The notes under the pieces are model-generated. The model was not told the DNA's origin, did not search any database, and was given only the letters and a program-made list of their open reading frames with translations. Below, in pieces: positions 28,287-38,102 of a stretch of 64,000 bases of DNA. The position numbers and the translations under genes are program-made. The stretch spans positions 187 through 64,186 of the forward strand of contig JACPLW010000001.1 of the NCBI GenBank assembly GCA_016186325.1. Direction: 5' to 3'. How positions within the stretch are numbered: position 1 is the first letter of the stretch; the number at the start of each line of letters is the position of its first letter. The DNA comes from Parcubacteria group bacterium (GTDB lineage: Bacteria > Patescibacteriota > Minisyncoccia > UBA10092).

Positions 28287-29333
28287 ATGCCCGCACAAGT
28301 CGTTGTTGTTCCCGGGAGATTGCCGGAAGGCAGAGTCGATCCTCTTTATGGATATGTGGTGGTTATATCAGCGGCGCGAGCGCTTCGAGAAAGCAAAATA
28401 GATCCAGAGTCTACTCATCCGCCTATTCTTCCGGACTATGATGAAAATTGCGGTTTTTGTCCTCGTAACGAAGATAAAACGCCCCCGGAACTCGTTTCTT
28501 TTAGGCGCGATCCGTTTGATATTACATCGTGGGGTACTCGCGGTTTTACCAATCTTTATCCTATTTTAGCGCTTGAAGCCGAAGGACCGGCGCAAGGCGT
28601 TAACGAAATTGTTGTTGAAACCATGCGCCATAATGGTTTTCTTTCTTCCGTTTCCATTGAGGAACTTTCAGAAGCGTTTAGAGCCATTACGATCCGATAT
28701 TTTTCTTTAAGAAACGATCCACGATTAGAATGGTTTTCGGCTTTTAAAAATTATGGGAAACTCGCCGGAGCTTCCATGGAACATCCTCATTTTCAAATGG
28801 CAGTTGAAGCTTGTATCCCCCCTAAATTTAGGGAGCGGTTAAACCGGGCGCAAGATTATTTTTATGACAGCAGGCAGTATCTTTGCTGCGATTACATCGA
28901 AAAACAGAGGAAATTAGGTCAAGTAATTTTTGAAACCGAACATTTTGTAGTATTAGTCCCGTATGCGGCGAGAGTCCCTTATCATTTTAGAATCTTTCCT
29001 GTTAAACACAATCCCTCTTTTGCTCATGTGCTTCGCGACAGCGACCGGGTAAAAAAAGATTTTGCTGAAACACTCCATCGAACAACTTTTCTTTTTAAAG
29101 TCGCGGTCCAGGGAGGGGATTTCCGGCAATATGCCGATCCGCTTTATAATTTCTATATTGAAACCGCGCCATATCGTGACGACCATAAGGAGGGCATCTT
29201 GCATTGGCATGTTGAATTTCGTGGCAAGACCACGATAGAGGCGGGATATGAATACCATACGGGTAAATTTGTGAATCCAACTTATCCGGAAGAAATTGCC
29301 GAACAACTTAGAGGTATTGCGGCAAGGTTTTAA
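28287..29333 (+). CDS. galactose-1-phosphate uridylyltransferase-like (GalT/HIT superfamily)
   Basis: CGFCPRNE zinc motif and the EHPHFQM (HxHxQ) active-site motif. Confidence 0.5.
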   Translation: MPAQVVVVPGRLPEGRVDPLYGYVVVISAARALRESKIDPESTHPPILPDYDENCGFCPRNEDKTPPELVSFRRDPFDITSWGTRGFTNLYPILALEAEGPAQGVNEIVVETMRHNGFLSSVSIEELSEAFRAITIRYFSLRNDPRLEWFSAFKNYGKLAGASMEHPHFQMAVEACIPPKFRERLNRAQDYFYDSRQYLCCDYIEKQRKLGQVIFETEHFVVLVPYAARVPYHFRIFPVKHNPSFAHVLRDSDRVKKDFAETLHRTTFLFKVAVQGGDFRQYADPLYNFYIETAPYRDDHKEGILHWHVEFRGKTTIEAGYEYHTGKFVNPTYPEEIAEQLRGIAARF

Positions 29334-29494
29334 AAATTACGCCCCGTAGCTGCGGGGCGTTTTAATTTTTTATGTCATATTGTTAAACGGCTTTTAAACA
29401 GAGTATAATATAAGGAAATACCAAATGTCGTATTAGTCGAGCCGCTATCGTCTAATGGCTTAGGACGTCGCGTTCTTTCACCCGCCAAAATTTT

Positions 29495-29566
29495 GGCCCC
29501 ATCGTCTAGTGGTCAGGACGCGGCGTTCTCAACGCTAAAACACGGGTTCGACTCCCGTTGGGGCTA
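29495..29566 (+). tRNA. tRNA-Glu (anticodon CTC)
   Basis: Acceptor GGCCCCA/TGGGGCT, D arm GTCTAGTGGTCAGGAC, anticodon loop TTCTCAA, T arm ACGGG-TTCGACT-CCCGT. One C-A mismatch at 27-43. Confidence 0.7.
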
Positions 29567-29632
29567 TTAAGAAAATTTAGGCGGGCAAGACGCTAAAACC
29601 TGGGTTCGATTCCCCGTAGCGGTACAAACCCT

Positions 29633-30466
29633 ATGCTTTCTCATAATTTAAATTTAAAAATTTTTATACAAGAATCGGTTGCTTTTCTGTCGGTAGGAAC
29701 TATTAGTATTTTTTTGGCCGGACGATTTTACGAGTTAAAAACCGTAATGGAAGCGCCAACACAAGTTGTAGAGTGGTGGCAATTTATTCTGGCCTTTGGC
29801 ATCGGAACCGCTATTGTTCTTGGGCTTATCCGTATTTCCCACGGCGGCCTATTTTTACGGATTTTTTTTCTTTTCGCGTTGTTTGCCGGAGTTTTTATAA
29901 CTTTCGGAGCTTTCACTTCGCAAACCTTTGCCTTTATTCTTTCTCTTATTTTAATTTTTTCTTACGTTCTCTGGCCATACGTTTGGCTTCACGATTTGGT
30001 TCTTATTCTCACTTTGTCCGGTATCGCCGCTTTAATTGGCGCATCGCTTAATCCTTGGACGGTGGCGCTACTTTTGATAGTTATGTCTATTTATGATTAT
30101 GTAGCGGTTTATAAAACAAAACATATGGTGAAAATGGCTAAAGCCATGATTGCCGGAAGAGCAATTTTTGCAATGGTTTTTCCAGAGAAAGTTGAAGATT
30201 TTACAGAACATATTGATAGGGCCCACCCTGGCGAAGGCTTTATGATGCTTGGAACCGGCGATTTTGTTTTCCCGATAGTAATGGCTGCTTCGGCGTTTGC
30301 TTTGAGCCCTTTGGCACCATGGCTGGTACTGGGGTTTTCCTTACTGGGACTTTTAATTATGCATCTTATATTCTTTTCTCAAAAAATCCGCCGGCCGATG
30401 CCGGCTTTGCCGCCGCTTGCCGCTTTTTCAATCATCGGTTTTATAATCGCAGTTTTGGTTAAATAA
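29633..30466 (+). CDS. presenilin/signal-peptide-peptidase-like intramembrane aspartyl protease (A22 family)
   Basis: Polytopic membrane protein with YD (SIYDYVAV), GxGD (LGTGDFVFP) and PAL (RPMPALPP) motifs in the canonical order. Confidence 0.6.
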   Translation: MLSHNLNLKIFIQESVAFLSVGTISIFLAGRFYELKTVMEAPTQVVEWWQFILAFGIGTAIVLGLIRISHGGLFLRIFFLFALFAGVFITFGAFTSQTFAFILSLILIFSYVLWPYVWLHDLVLILTLSGIAALIGASLNPWTVALLLIVMSIYDYVAVYKTKHMVKMAKAMIAGRAIFAMVFPEKVEDFTEHIDRAHPGEGFMMLGTGDFVFPIVMAASAFALSPLAPWLVLGFSLLGLLIMHLIFFSQKIRRPMPALPPLAAFSIIGFIIAVLVK

Positions 30467-30474
30467 AATTAAGG

Positions 30475-30825
30475 ATGAATATTCTTAAAGCCTATTTAGG
30501 CGATTTTAAAATAAAAATAATCTTAATTTTAAGCGTTGTTTTGAATGCGGGTCTTTTTATGTTTTTTTATTTTTTTATAAAACAAAGCAATGTGCCCATT
30601 GTTCTTCATTATAATGTTAATTGGGGCGTCGATTATTTTGGGGAAGTTAAAGATGTCTTTACCTTGCCGGTTATCGGTTTTTTAATTCTGTTTTTTAACA
30701 CTGTTTTGGCGGTACGACTTTGGTTCAAAAGCAGAATTTTATCATATTTTATCACTGCTATTATTTTAATTTCCCAAATTTTTCTGGTTCTTTCCGGAAT
30801 CGCCTTATATTTGATAAACCGTTAA
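30475..30825 (+). CDS. small membrane protein (hypothetical)
   Basis: Three transmembrane segments. Confidence 0.3.
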   Translation: MNILKAYLGDFKIKIILILSVVLNAGLFMFFYFFIKQSNVPIVLHYNVNWGVDYFGEVKDVFTLPVIGFLILFFNTVLAVRLWFKSRILSYFITAIILISQIFLVLSGIALYLINR

Positions 30826-30875
30826 ATTTGACTTAAAAAGATTGGTCAATTAGAATAGTTTAGTTAATTTTACCC

Positions 30876-31184
30876 ATGACTTACGCAGTAATAAAAAGCG
30901 GGGGAAAACAATATCTCGTCAAAGAGGGGGATAAAATAAGGGTTGAAAAAATAAACACGCCCGAAGGCGAGGAAGTTAAGTTTGGCGAGGTTTTATTGGT
31001 TTTTGATAAAGACATAAAAATCGGCACCCCGTTTTTAGAAGGCGTCGAAGTTTCTGCCAAGGTTTTAAAAAACGGCCGCGCTAAAAAAATAATTATTTTC
31101 CATTATCATTCTAAGACTCGGTATAAGAAAAAAGGCGGCCATCGCCAGCATTTTACGGAAGTTGAAATTTTGAAAATAAAATAA
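30876..31184 (+). CDS. rplU: 50S ribosomal protein L21
   Basis: MTYAVIKSGGKQYLVKEGDKI N-terminus. Confidence 0.85.
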   Translation: MTYAVIKSGGKQYLVKEGDKIRVEKINTPEGEEVKFGEVLLVFDKDIKIGTPFLEGVEVSAKVLKNGRAKKIIIFHYHSKTRYKKKGGHRQHFTEVEILKIK

Positions 31185-31355
31185 GGATAAAAGTACAGAA
31201 GCGAATGCAAATATTTTTCTGAAGCTTCCGCAGGCATTTTAGCATGGTTTTCCCTCAATTCCTTGCTATAGCAAGGAATTGAGGGAAATAAAATGCCGAG
31301 GACGGACAGCGAACTTCGCGCTGGCGAAGTGAGCGCGCGAGGAAAATGATTTTGG

Positions 31356-31973
31356 TTACTTTATTTCTTTTCTTGATTCTAAGGCGCCTGAAAGGGTTTG
31401 GGCATCGGCAAATTCTACGTCCGACCCGTAAGGCAGGCCCCGCCCAAGGCGGGTTATTTTAACTTTGAGCGGTTTGAGTAGCTTTTCCAAGTAATAAGCG
31501 GTTAAATCGCCCTCGTGCGTTGGCGAAATCGCTAGAATAATTTCTTCGATTTTTTCGCTGACGTCTTTTTTTTCCGATATTCGGTTTATCAACTCCGGCA
31601 TTTTTAGGTTCTTGGGAATTGCCGTATCTAGCGCGGAAAAAAGTCCGCCCAAAACATGATAAAGACCTTTATATACGCTCGATTTTTCAATCGTAGCCAG
31701 ATCGGTTTCTTTTTCCACCACGCATATTGTTTTGTGGTCTCTTGATGGATTATCACAAAAGTGACATTTTTGCCCATTGTTTTCAATAATAAAAAAGCAG
31801 GAAGAACAAACGCTAGCGTCTTTGTCTAAGCTTTCAATAGCTTTTTTTAATTCTTCTCGCTTATTTTTCGGCCCATTTAAAAGCCAAAAAGCCAAACGCG
31901 CCGCTTGGCGGGGTCCTACTCCGGGAAGACGGGAAAATTTATCTATAAAATTTTGGATTGTTTTAGGATACAT
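31356..31973 (-). CDS. recR: recombination protein RecR
   Basis: HhH region (LPGVGPRQAARLAF), C4 zinc finger and Toprim domain. Confidence 0.85.
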   Translation of the reverse strand: MYPKTIQNFIDKFSRLPGVGPRQAARLAFWLLNGPKNKREELKKAIESLDKDASVCSSCFFIIENNGQKCHFCDNPSRDHKTICVVEKETDLATIEKSSVYKGLYHVLGGLFSALDTAIPKNLKMPELINRISEKKDVSEKIEEIILAISPTHEGDLTAYYLEKLLKPLKVKITRLGRGLPYGSDVEFADAQTLSGALESRKEIK

Positions 31974-33354
31974 TTTGATGTTGTTTATCCAAATTTTTAA
32001 AGCTCACAAAGTCTTCATTGAAATACAATTCTATTCTTCCGGTTGGCCCGTTTCTGTGCTTAGCGACTTCAATCTCGGCAATATTTTTCCTTTCAGCGTC
32101 TTTTTTCACCTTATCTTCACGGTAGATAAAAAGTACTACATCGGCGTCCTGTTCAATGGCGCCCGATTCCCTCAAGTCGGATAATTTTGGCCTTTGATCA
32201 GTTCGGGTTTCCGGGGAACGTGAAAGCTGGGAAATGGCCAAAACCGGAATGTTCAGTTCTTTAGCCAGGCCTTTTAGGGCGCGGGAAATTTCGCTGACCT
32301 CTTGAGTTCGGTTTTCAAATCTTCCATGTCCCTGCATCAGCTGAAGATAGTCGACAATTAAAAGTTCTAAACCTTTTTCGGCCTGAAGCCGGCGTGCCAT
32401 CGTTCTTATTTGGAGAACATTGGGGCTCGCGGTGTCATCAATATAAATCGGTGCTAGCGAAAGGCGGTTTAACGCTTGTGATATGCGAATGAAATCATTG
32501 TCGTCGGTACCTTCATCGGATAATTTTCCGGTGCGAAGCCGCCACAAATCAACGCCAGCTTCGGAGGCAATCAAACGCTCTACCAGCTGCTCTTTTGACA
32601 TTTCCAAACTGAAAATTCCAACCGGCACTTTTTCATTGGTTGCGGCGTGCCGTGCTATATCAATCACTAGCGATGTTTTGCCTAAAGAAGGCCTGGCGGC
32701 AAGAACAATTAGGTCGGATTTCTGAAGTCCGGCCAAGATATTGTCCAGATCGGTAAATCCGGTGGCAATTCCATGGGCACCGTCGCCCTTATGACGCTTA
32801 TCAATTCTTTCAAACGCACTGTTTAAGTGGTTTTTTATATGAGCAAATTCACGGCTGTTTGATGTTTGAGAAACGCTGAAAATTTTCTTTTCTGCTTCAT
32901 CGAGTAGGGCGTCTACATCTTCACTTTCTTGCCAGCCGAGTTCTTGTATCTGATGAGAAGCGCTTATTAGATCGCGCAGAACCCGTTTTTGTCTGACTAT
33001 TTTAGCGTAGTGGATTATATGGGAAGCGGTCGGGACGGAATTCATCAAGGTTGTAAGGTAAGAAAGGCCGCCGATATCTTTTAGCAGTTTCTTTGATTTT
33101 AAGGCGCTCGAAACGGTTAAAAGATCAATCGGTTCATTCTTTTTGTAAAGTTCAATTACGGCGCTAAAAATTATTTCGTGTATTTTGCGATAAAAATCTT
33201 CCGGACCGATAATATCGGCGACTTTATTAATCGCGTCCTTATCTATAAAAAGCGAACCCAAGACCGATTGCTCGGCTTCAATATCCTGCGGCGGCAGGCG
33301 GTTTGGGTCGATTGAGGTTTTTGAATATTGTTTTTTAGCGTAATGAGAAGGCAT
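31963..33354 (-). CDS. dnaB: replicative DNA helicase DnaB
   Basis: 463 aa; Walker A GARPSLGKTS and DnaB C-terminal motifs. Confidence 0.85.
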   Translation of the reverse strand: MPSHYAKKQYSKTSIDPNRLPPQDIEAEQSVLGSLFIDKDAINKVADIIGPEDFYRKIHEIIFSAVIELYKKNEPIDLLTVSSALKSKKLLKDIGGLSYLTTLMNSVPTASHIIHYAKIVRQKRVLRDLISASHQIQELGWQESEDVDALLDEAEKKIFSVSQTSNSREFAHIKNHLNSAFERIDKRHKGDGAHGIATGFTDLDNILAGLQKSDLIVLAARPSLGKTSLVIDIARHAATNEKVPVGIFSLEMSKEQLVERLIASEAGVDLWRLRTGKLSDEGTDDNDFIRISQALNRLSLAPIYIDDTASPNVLQIRTMARRLQAEKGLELLIVDYLQLMQGHGRFENRTQEVSEISRALKGLAKELNIPVLAISQLSRSPETRTDQRPKLSDLRESGAIEQDADVVLFIYREDKVKKDAERKNIAEIEVAKHRNGPTGRIELYFNEDFVSFKNLDKQHQNVS

Positions 33355-33446
33355 GGATAGTAATTAGTATAATTCCGAAAGCCAACACTTTCAAATTATA
33401 AAACTGAATAAACTGTGGATTAAGTTATTAAAACAACAACCATAAC

Positions 33447-33715
33447 TTGACGTTAATAATTTTAAGGAGATAGCCAGGCGTCTTTCCATGAAATATGGCG
33501 AGACAGAGCTTATGAGTGCACCTGGGGGAAGACGTTCGTTCTATTCGTATCAAGATCTCGATTTCCATGAACGCAGCTGAAAGAATTTTAAGGAGACCCA
33601 CTCATTTCATTATCGCCATGGTAAGAGAAATAAATTGCTGGGCAGACAAGTAAACCTAGTCGGTGCACTACACTAGCCTTTTTAGAATGGCGGACCCCGG
33701 TCCGCCATATTTTTC
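33447..33715 (+). ncRNA. candidate plus-strand small transcription unit or sRNA ending in tandem intrinsic terminators
   Basis: Strong hairpin TGGCGGACCCCGGTCCGCCA + T5 at 33688-33715, preceded by a weaker terminator at 33655-33682. No plus-strand protein gene follows. Two copies of AATTTTAAGGAGA (33460, 33585) each precede a tiny ORF. Confidence 0.3.
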
Positions 33716-33847
33716 AAATAAATGAGGCAATTTCTAAATTCTAATAATTTTCCACTTTTTATGATATATCATAAAAAGTGGTAACACCATTATAATAACA
33801 GCAGTATTATTAGAAAATTTTGGTTTAATGTGTATTTTAAAATTTAA

Positions 33848-34546
33848 TTATTTTCCAAAACGCCTTTCGGTTTTATCGTAATTTTCTATAACATTTTCAA
33901 ATTCTTCGATTGAAAAATCCGGCCACAAAGTTTTTGTAAAATGCAATGCGGCTTCGGCCACGTCCCACATCATAAGTCCCGCTGACCAATGCGGTTCTCC
34001 TCCGGTTCGTATGACCAAATCGACCGGAGGAAGATTGTGTGTCCATAAGTTATTTTTTATAAGTTCTCCGCCTATAAGCGGCGGTTTGTTTTCAGCGTTT
34101 ACGATTTTTTTAATGGCTTCAATCATTTCATCTGTCCCGCTATAAGCCAAAAGAAAAGTTAAAACAAAGCGATCGTATTTTTCCGTAGCTTTTATGGCTT
34201 TTCTAATTTGATTTTTTGTTTTTTCTGGGAATAAAGTTTCCCATCTCCCTAAAACATTTATTTTCACTCTATTATCGTGAATTATTTTATCGGTGGCGAT
34301 TTTTTTGAAGTACTGCTCAAAAATTTTAAATAAAAAGTTCGCTTCTGAAAGCGGCCTTTTCGTAACGTTATTGATAGAACAGCCCCAGAAAGTAAGATAG
34401 GGTATATTTAAATTTAAAGCTTTCTCCAGTATCTTTTTGGTGGTTTTAGCTCCTTCCATGTGACCCAAAAAGGACTGTTTGTTATTCTTTTTGGCCCAGC
34501 GCCTGTTTCCGTCAGGAATAATTACCACATGTTGCGGCAGTTTCAT
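33848..34546 (-). CDS. uppS: undecaprenyl diphosphate synthase
   Basis: HVVIIPDGNRRWAK motif. Confidence 0.85.
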   Translation of the reverse strand: MKLPQHVVIIPDGNRRWAKKNNKQSFLGHMEGAKTTKKILEKALNLNIPYLTFWGCSINNVTKRPLSEANFLFKIFEQYFKKIATDKIIHDNRVKINVLGRWETLFPEKTKNQIRKAIKATEKYDRFVLTFLLAYSGTDEMIEAIKKIVNAENKPPLIGGELIKNNLWTHNLPPVDLVIRTGGEPHWSAGLMMWDVAEAALHFTKTLWPDFSIEEFENVIENYDKTERRFGK

Positions 34547-34559
34547 ATAATAAAAACTT

Positions 34560-35960
34560 TTATCTTCTTTTTAATTTTGGTCCTTTTTCCGTATCTTCAA
34601 TCATCCAGCCTAGGTTTTCTGCCTTCTTTCGCAACTCATCAGCTTTAGCGAAATTTTTTTCCTTGCGACTTTTTTCCCGATCTTTTATCAGTTTTAAAAT
34701 TTCCATCGGAATTTTTTCGGTTTTCATTTTGATAAGATTTAGTCCCAGAACTTTATCAAAATCGATAATCAGCGCATATTTTGTTTTGGGATCTAATTTT
34801 TGGGATTTTACAATTTCCCACAAAAGCGCCAGCGCGCGCGGAGTTTCCAGGTCGTTGTTTATATAATTTTTAAATTTCTTCAGTAGCAGAAGTTTTGCTT
34901 CGCTACTGGACTTTGCTTCGCTCGTTTTTTTTATATTCAAAATTGCTTCTTTTAATTTATTTAGAGCATTTTTTGCCGCTTCAAGCGATTCCCAAGTGAA
35001 ATTTAATTTTGAGCGATAATGAGCGGTTAAAACAAGATAACGAAAGGCAAGCGGATTAAAACCATGTTTTTTTAGCGTGTCCAAAGTAATAAAATTTCCT
35101 TCAGATTTTGCCATTTTGCTTTGGTCTATAATCAAAAATTCTCCGTGAAGCCAAAATCTTGCCAATGGCTTTCCAAAAGCCGCTTCAGATTGAGCTATTT
35201 CATTTGTGTGATGAGTGCCTATGTGGTCTACGCCTCCGGTATGGATATCGAATGGCTGGCCGAGATATTTTGTAGATATGGCGGAACATTCAATATGCCA
35301 ACCGGGAAATCCCAAACCCCAAGGAGAAGGCCAGCGCATACTATGATTTTTGTACCGACCAGCTAGTTTGAACCATAAGGCAAAATCCGCCGGATGTTTT
35401 TTTTCCGGATCTTCTACGACTTCTCCACGTGCTGCGGTAATTTTTTGAGAAAGAGGCTGACGTGAAAGTTTAGTATAATTTTTGAATTTAATAACGTCAA
35501 AATAAACGGCTTTTGAAGTTTCATAAGCGTATTTTTTACTAATTAATATATTTATTATTTTAATTTGATCAGCAACTGTTTTTGTGGCCTGAATTATATT
35601 TTCTGGTTTTTTTATATTTAGTTCTTTAGTATCTTTCAAAAAGGCAGCTGTATAAAATCTGGCAATTTCCCAAACCGATTTTTTTTCCTTTTGTGCCCCC
35701 TTTTCCATTTTATCTTCACCTGTGTCGGCGTCGGAAGTTAAATGGCCGACATCGGTTATGTTCATAACTCTTTTTACTTTATAACCGTTATATTCAAGAG
35801 TTTTTTGCAATACATCGGCAAAAACATAAGTTCTTAAATTACCAATATGCGCGTAATTGTAAACTGTCGGCCCACAAGTATATAGACCAACTTTTTTATC
35901 GCGAAGCGGTTTAAAAACCTGTTTTTTACGAGTAAGAGTATTGTAAAGTTTTATAGCCAT
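34560..35960 (-). CDS. cysS: cysteine--tRNA ligase
   Basis: HIGN and KMAKSEGN (KMSKS) class I motifs, with zinc-binding Cys residues. Confidence 0.85.
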   Translation of the reverse strand: MAIKLYNTLTRKKQVFKPLRDKKVGLYTCGPTVYNYAHIGNLRTYVFADVLQKTLEYNGYKVKRVMNITDVGHLTSDADTGEDKMEKGAQKEKKSVWEIARFYTAAFLKDTKELNIKKPENIIQATKTVADQIKIINILISKKYAYETSKAVYFDVIKFKNYTKLSRQPLSQKITAARGEVVEDPEKKHPADFALWFKLAGRYKNHSMRWPSPWGLGFPGWHIECSAISTKYLGQPFDIHTGGVDHIGTHHTNEIAQSEAAFGKPLARFWLHGEFLIIDQSKMAKSEGNFITLDTLKKHGFNPLAFRYLVLTAHYRSKLNFTWESLEAAKNALNKLKEAILNIKKTSEAKSSSEAKLLLLKKFKNYINNDLETPRALALLWEIVKSQKLDPKTKYALIIDFDKVLGLNLIKMKTEKIPMEILKLIKDREKSRKEKNFAKADELRKKAENLGWMIEDTEKGPKLKRR

Positions 35961-36865
35961 TTTCTCGTTTTAAAATAAAGCCACATTCCTAGAACCGTAA
36001 GCATCGCAAAACCGACAATAATCCAAAAATCATATGGCAGATTTCTGATCGGATTAGTAACCATGTCAACTTGCAAAAGTGTAATTATAAGCATTGTCGG
36101 GAATGTTATGAAAGAAAGAATTGTGAATGTTTTTACAATCGCGTTTGTTTTATCGTTTAAAAGATTAGTATTTGTTGCCTCAAGCGCGTTTATCGTTTCC
36201 ATATAATTATCAGCCTCGCTCCACGCCCGCTCGTAATCGCTTGTAAGATCGTTAAGATAAACCGCAAGGTCGCCAGATTCTAACCAAAAATTTTTACTCT
36301 TTTCTCCGAGTGAAATTAGTATTCGGTGCATTGGCTTGATGGCGATTCTAAAATCCAAAATATCTCTTTTGATGAAGGAAATCTCTTTAATCATATCGCG
36401 CTCTATATTTTTAAATATCCCGTCTTCAATGCGCTCTATGTTTTTTGCGATGTGAACCAGCTGGCGCGCCGCGAAACTTAATACGTCTTCTATTAAATAA
36501 TACAAAAGATGACCGGAGGTTTTCCCGAAACAATCTTCTCGTATGCCGATCGCTTGGCATTTTTTTAAGAACGACCCAAGTGGTTCAATTGGTTCGTCGT
36601 GGACGGTAATGATATGGCTTTGGGTTATTAAAACATCAAGTTCCGTCGGTTTTGTGGTCCGATTTTTTTTGTTAAAAACGGGCACGTACATGACCAAGAA
36701 AAGATAGTCGGGGAATTGTTCAACTTTTTCTCTCGACGAGGCGGGGATTAATTCTTCTAAAGTTAATTTATGAAAATTAAAATTATTTTTAATCCATTCA
36801 ATGTCTTCTTGGGTCGGTTTCTCAATATCAACCCAGGTCAAATTATTTTCGGTAATTTGTTTCAT
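35951..36865 (-). CDS. CorA-family divalent cation transporter (divergent GMN motif)
   Basis: Soluble N-terminal domain plus two C-terminal transmembrane segments. GMW sits in the GMN position. Confidence 0.5.
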   Translation of the reverse strand: MKQITENNLTWVDIEKPTQEDIEWIKNNFNFHKLTLEELIPASSREKVEQFPDYLFLVMYVPVFNKKNRTTKPTELDVLITQSHIITVHDEPIEPLGSFLKKCQAIGIREDCFGKTSGHLLYYLIEDVLSFAARQLVHIAKNIERIEDGIFKNIERDMIKEISFIKRDILDFRIAIKPMHRILISLGEKSKNFWLESGDLAVYLNDLTSDYERAWSEADNYMETINALEATNTNLLNDKTNAIVKTFTILSFITFPTMLIITLLQVDMVTNPIRNLPYDFWIIVGFAMLTVLGMWLYFKTRKWL

Positions 36866-37012
36866 TTGATTTATTTAAATAATAACCCTTATATTTTAGC
36901 ACAGATATTCCAAAAAAACATATCAGATAAAAAATTTGACTTTCATTTGGAAGAATTATATGATATAAACAATCTTTAACAATTAGTAGAATGTAAAGCC
37001 TATGGGGTAGCC

Positions 37013-37357
37013 ATGATAACTGAAGCGACTTATTATTGCGAAACTTGCTTCGATAATTTTAAAGATTCTGCTAGGTGCGAAGCCCATGAAGCTAATTGCG
37101 AGAAATACGCAGTAGGTGACAGAGTAGAAGTTTTTTATCAAGACAATTGGATTAGCCAAGGCAAATGGTGGAGCGGGACAATTTCGCGTATTTCACTTGA
37201 ATTTCCTAAGAAGCGTTTTGTGGAAGTTAGGACCGATGAACAGTTTGCCAAGGCTGATTTACCTCTATACACTGGTTATGACTGGGGTATTTGGGAGGAC
37301 AGCGGCGACAAGAAACATCTTCGCCGACTGGTTGATCAGGAAGGTACCAAGCAATAA
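37013..37357 (+). CDS. hypothetical protein with N-terminal Cys cluster
   Basis: CETC...CEAHEANC. Confidence 0.3.
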   Translation: MITEATYYCETCFDNFKDSARCEAHEANCEKYAVGDRVEVFYQDNWISQGKWWSGTISRISLEFPKKRFVEVRTDEQFAKADLPLYTGYDWGIWEDSGDKKHLRRLVDQEGTKQ

Positions 37358-37620
37358 ACCGGGTTGATGTTATATAAGGAGCAGATTTTTCAAACGGCTT
37401 TCGGCCGTTTTTCTTTTTTATTATAGCGGCCGCGAATATAAACTGTCGCATAAGAATCCTATAGGAAGTTTGTGCGACGAGCACGCATGATTTTGCGAAG
37501 CATTTACTTGCTTTCGCTGGCAAATGATGCGCTTGGCTGGTACATTTATTTGACTTTGTTAGTAAAATGTTATATTATATTCCCAATCTTTAACAATAAA
37601 ATTGCCTAGAGGAGGCAAAA

Positions 37621-37983
37621 ATGGATGAAATCAAAAACCATCCTTCAACGGTTGAGTTTGGGGAAAAAGAGTGCTGTGCTTTAAAAATCGCGGTTGAAAA
37701 CGCAACTCATCGGGAATTTATTCGCGAATTCATTAAAAAAGCTGGGGAAAAAGAGCCGAAACACTCTTGGGCGATTTTGGCGGAAATCTTTACAAATACA
37801 ATTAACCTTATTTTCATTCCTCGGGGAATTCATCGTGAATTCTACGCAACACTTGCTATTTTAGAGAGGGGACAACTTACGGAAGGTAATAAAGAACTTG
37901 CTTGCGGCCATACGGTTATAGAACATATTCAAGCTCTTGATAATATTTATTTTTTGATGGCATATCCTGCGGGAAATAATTAA
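37621..37983 (+). CDS. hypothetical protein
   Basis: 120-aa ORF with a GAGG RBS. Confidence 0.3.
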   Translation: MDEIKNHPSTVEFGEKECCALKIAVENATHREFIREFIKKAGEKEPKHSWAILAEIFTNTINLIFIPRGIHREFYATLAILERGQLTEGNKELACGHTVIEHIQALDNIYFLMAYPAGNN

Positions 37984-38006
37984 GCGGCTAAACGCCGTTT
38001 TATTTT

Positions 38007-38058
38007 TTGCCAAATTACGTATAATAAATCGATCGATTAAAAACACGTAATTTGGCAA
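38007..38058. promoter_or_regulatory. 14-bp inverted repeat TTGCCAAATTACGT-N24-ACGTAATTTGGCAA abutting the hrcA promoter -35 (candidate HrcA operator)
   Basis: Seen in sequence. TTGACA at 38063-38068, 16-nt spacer, TATACA. Confidence 0.4.
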
Positions 38059-38102
38059 TCTCTTGACAAGAGTGCCAGCCATCGTATACACTAGTATTTG
38101 TC

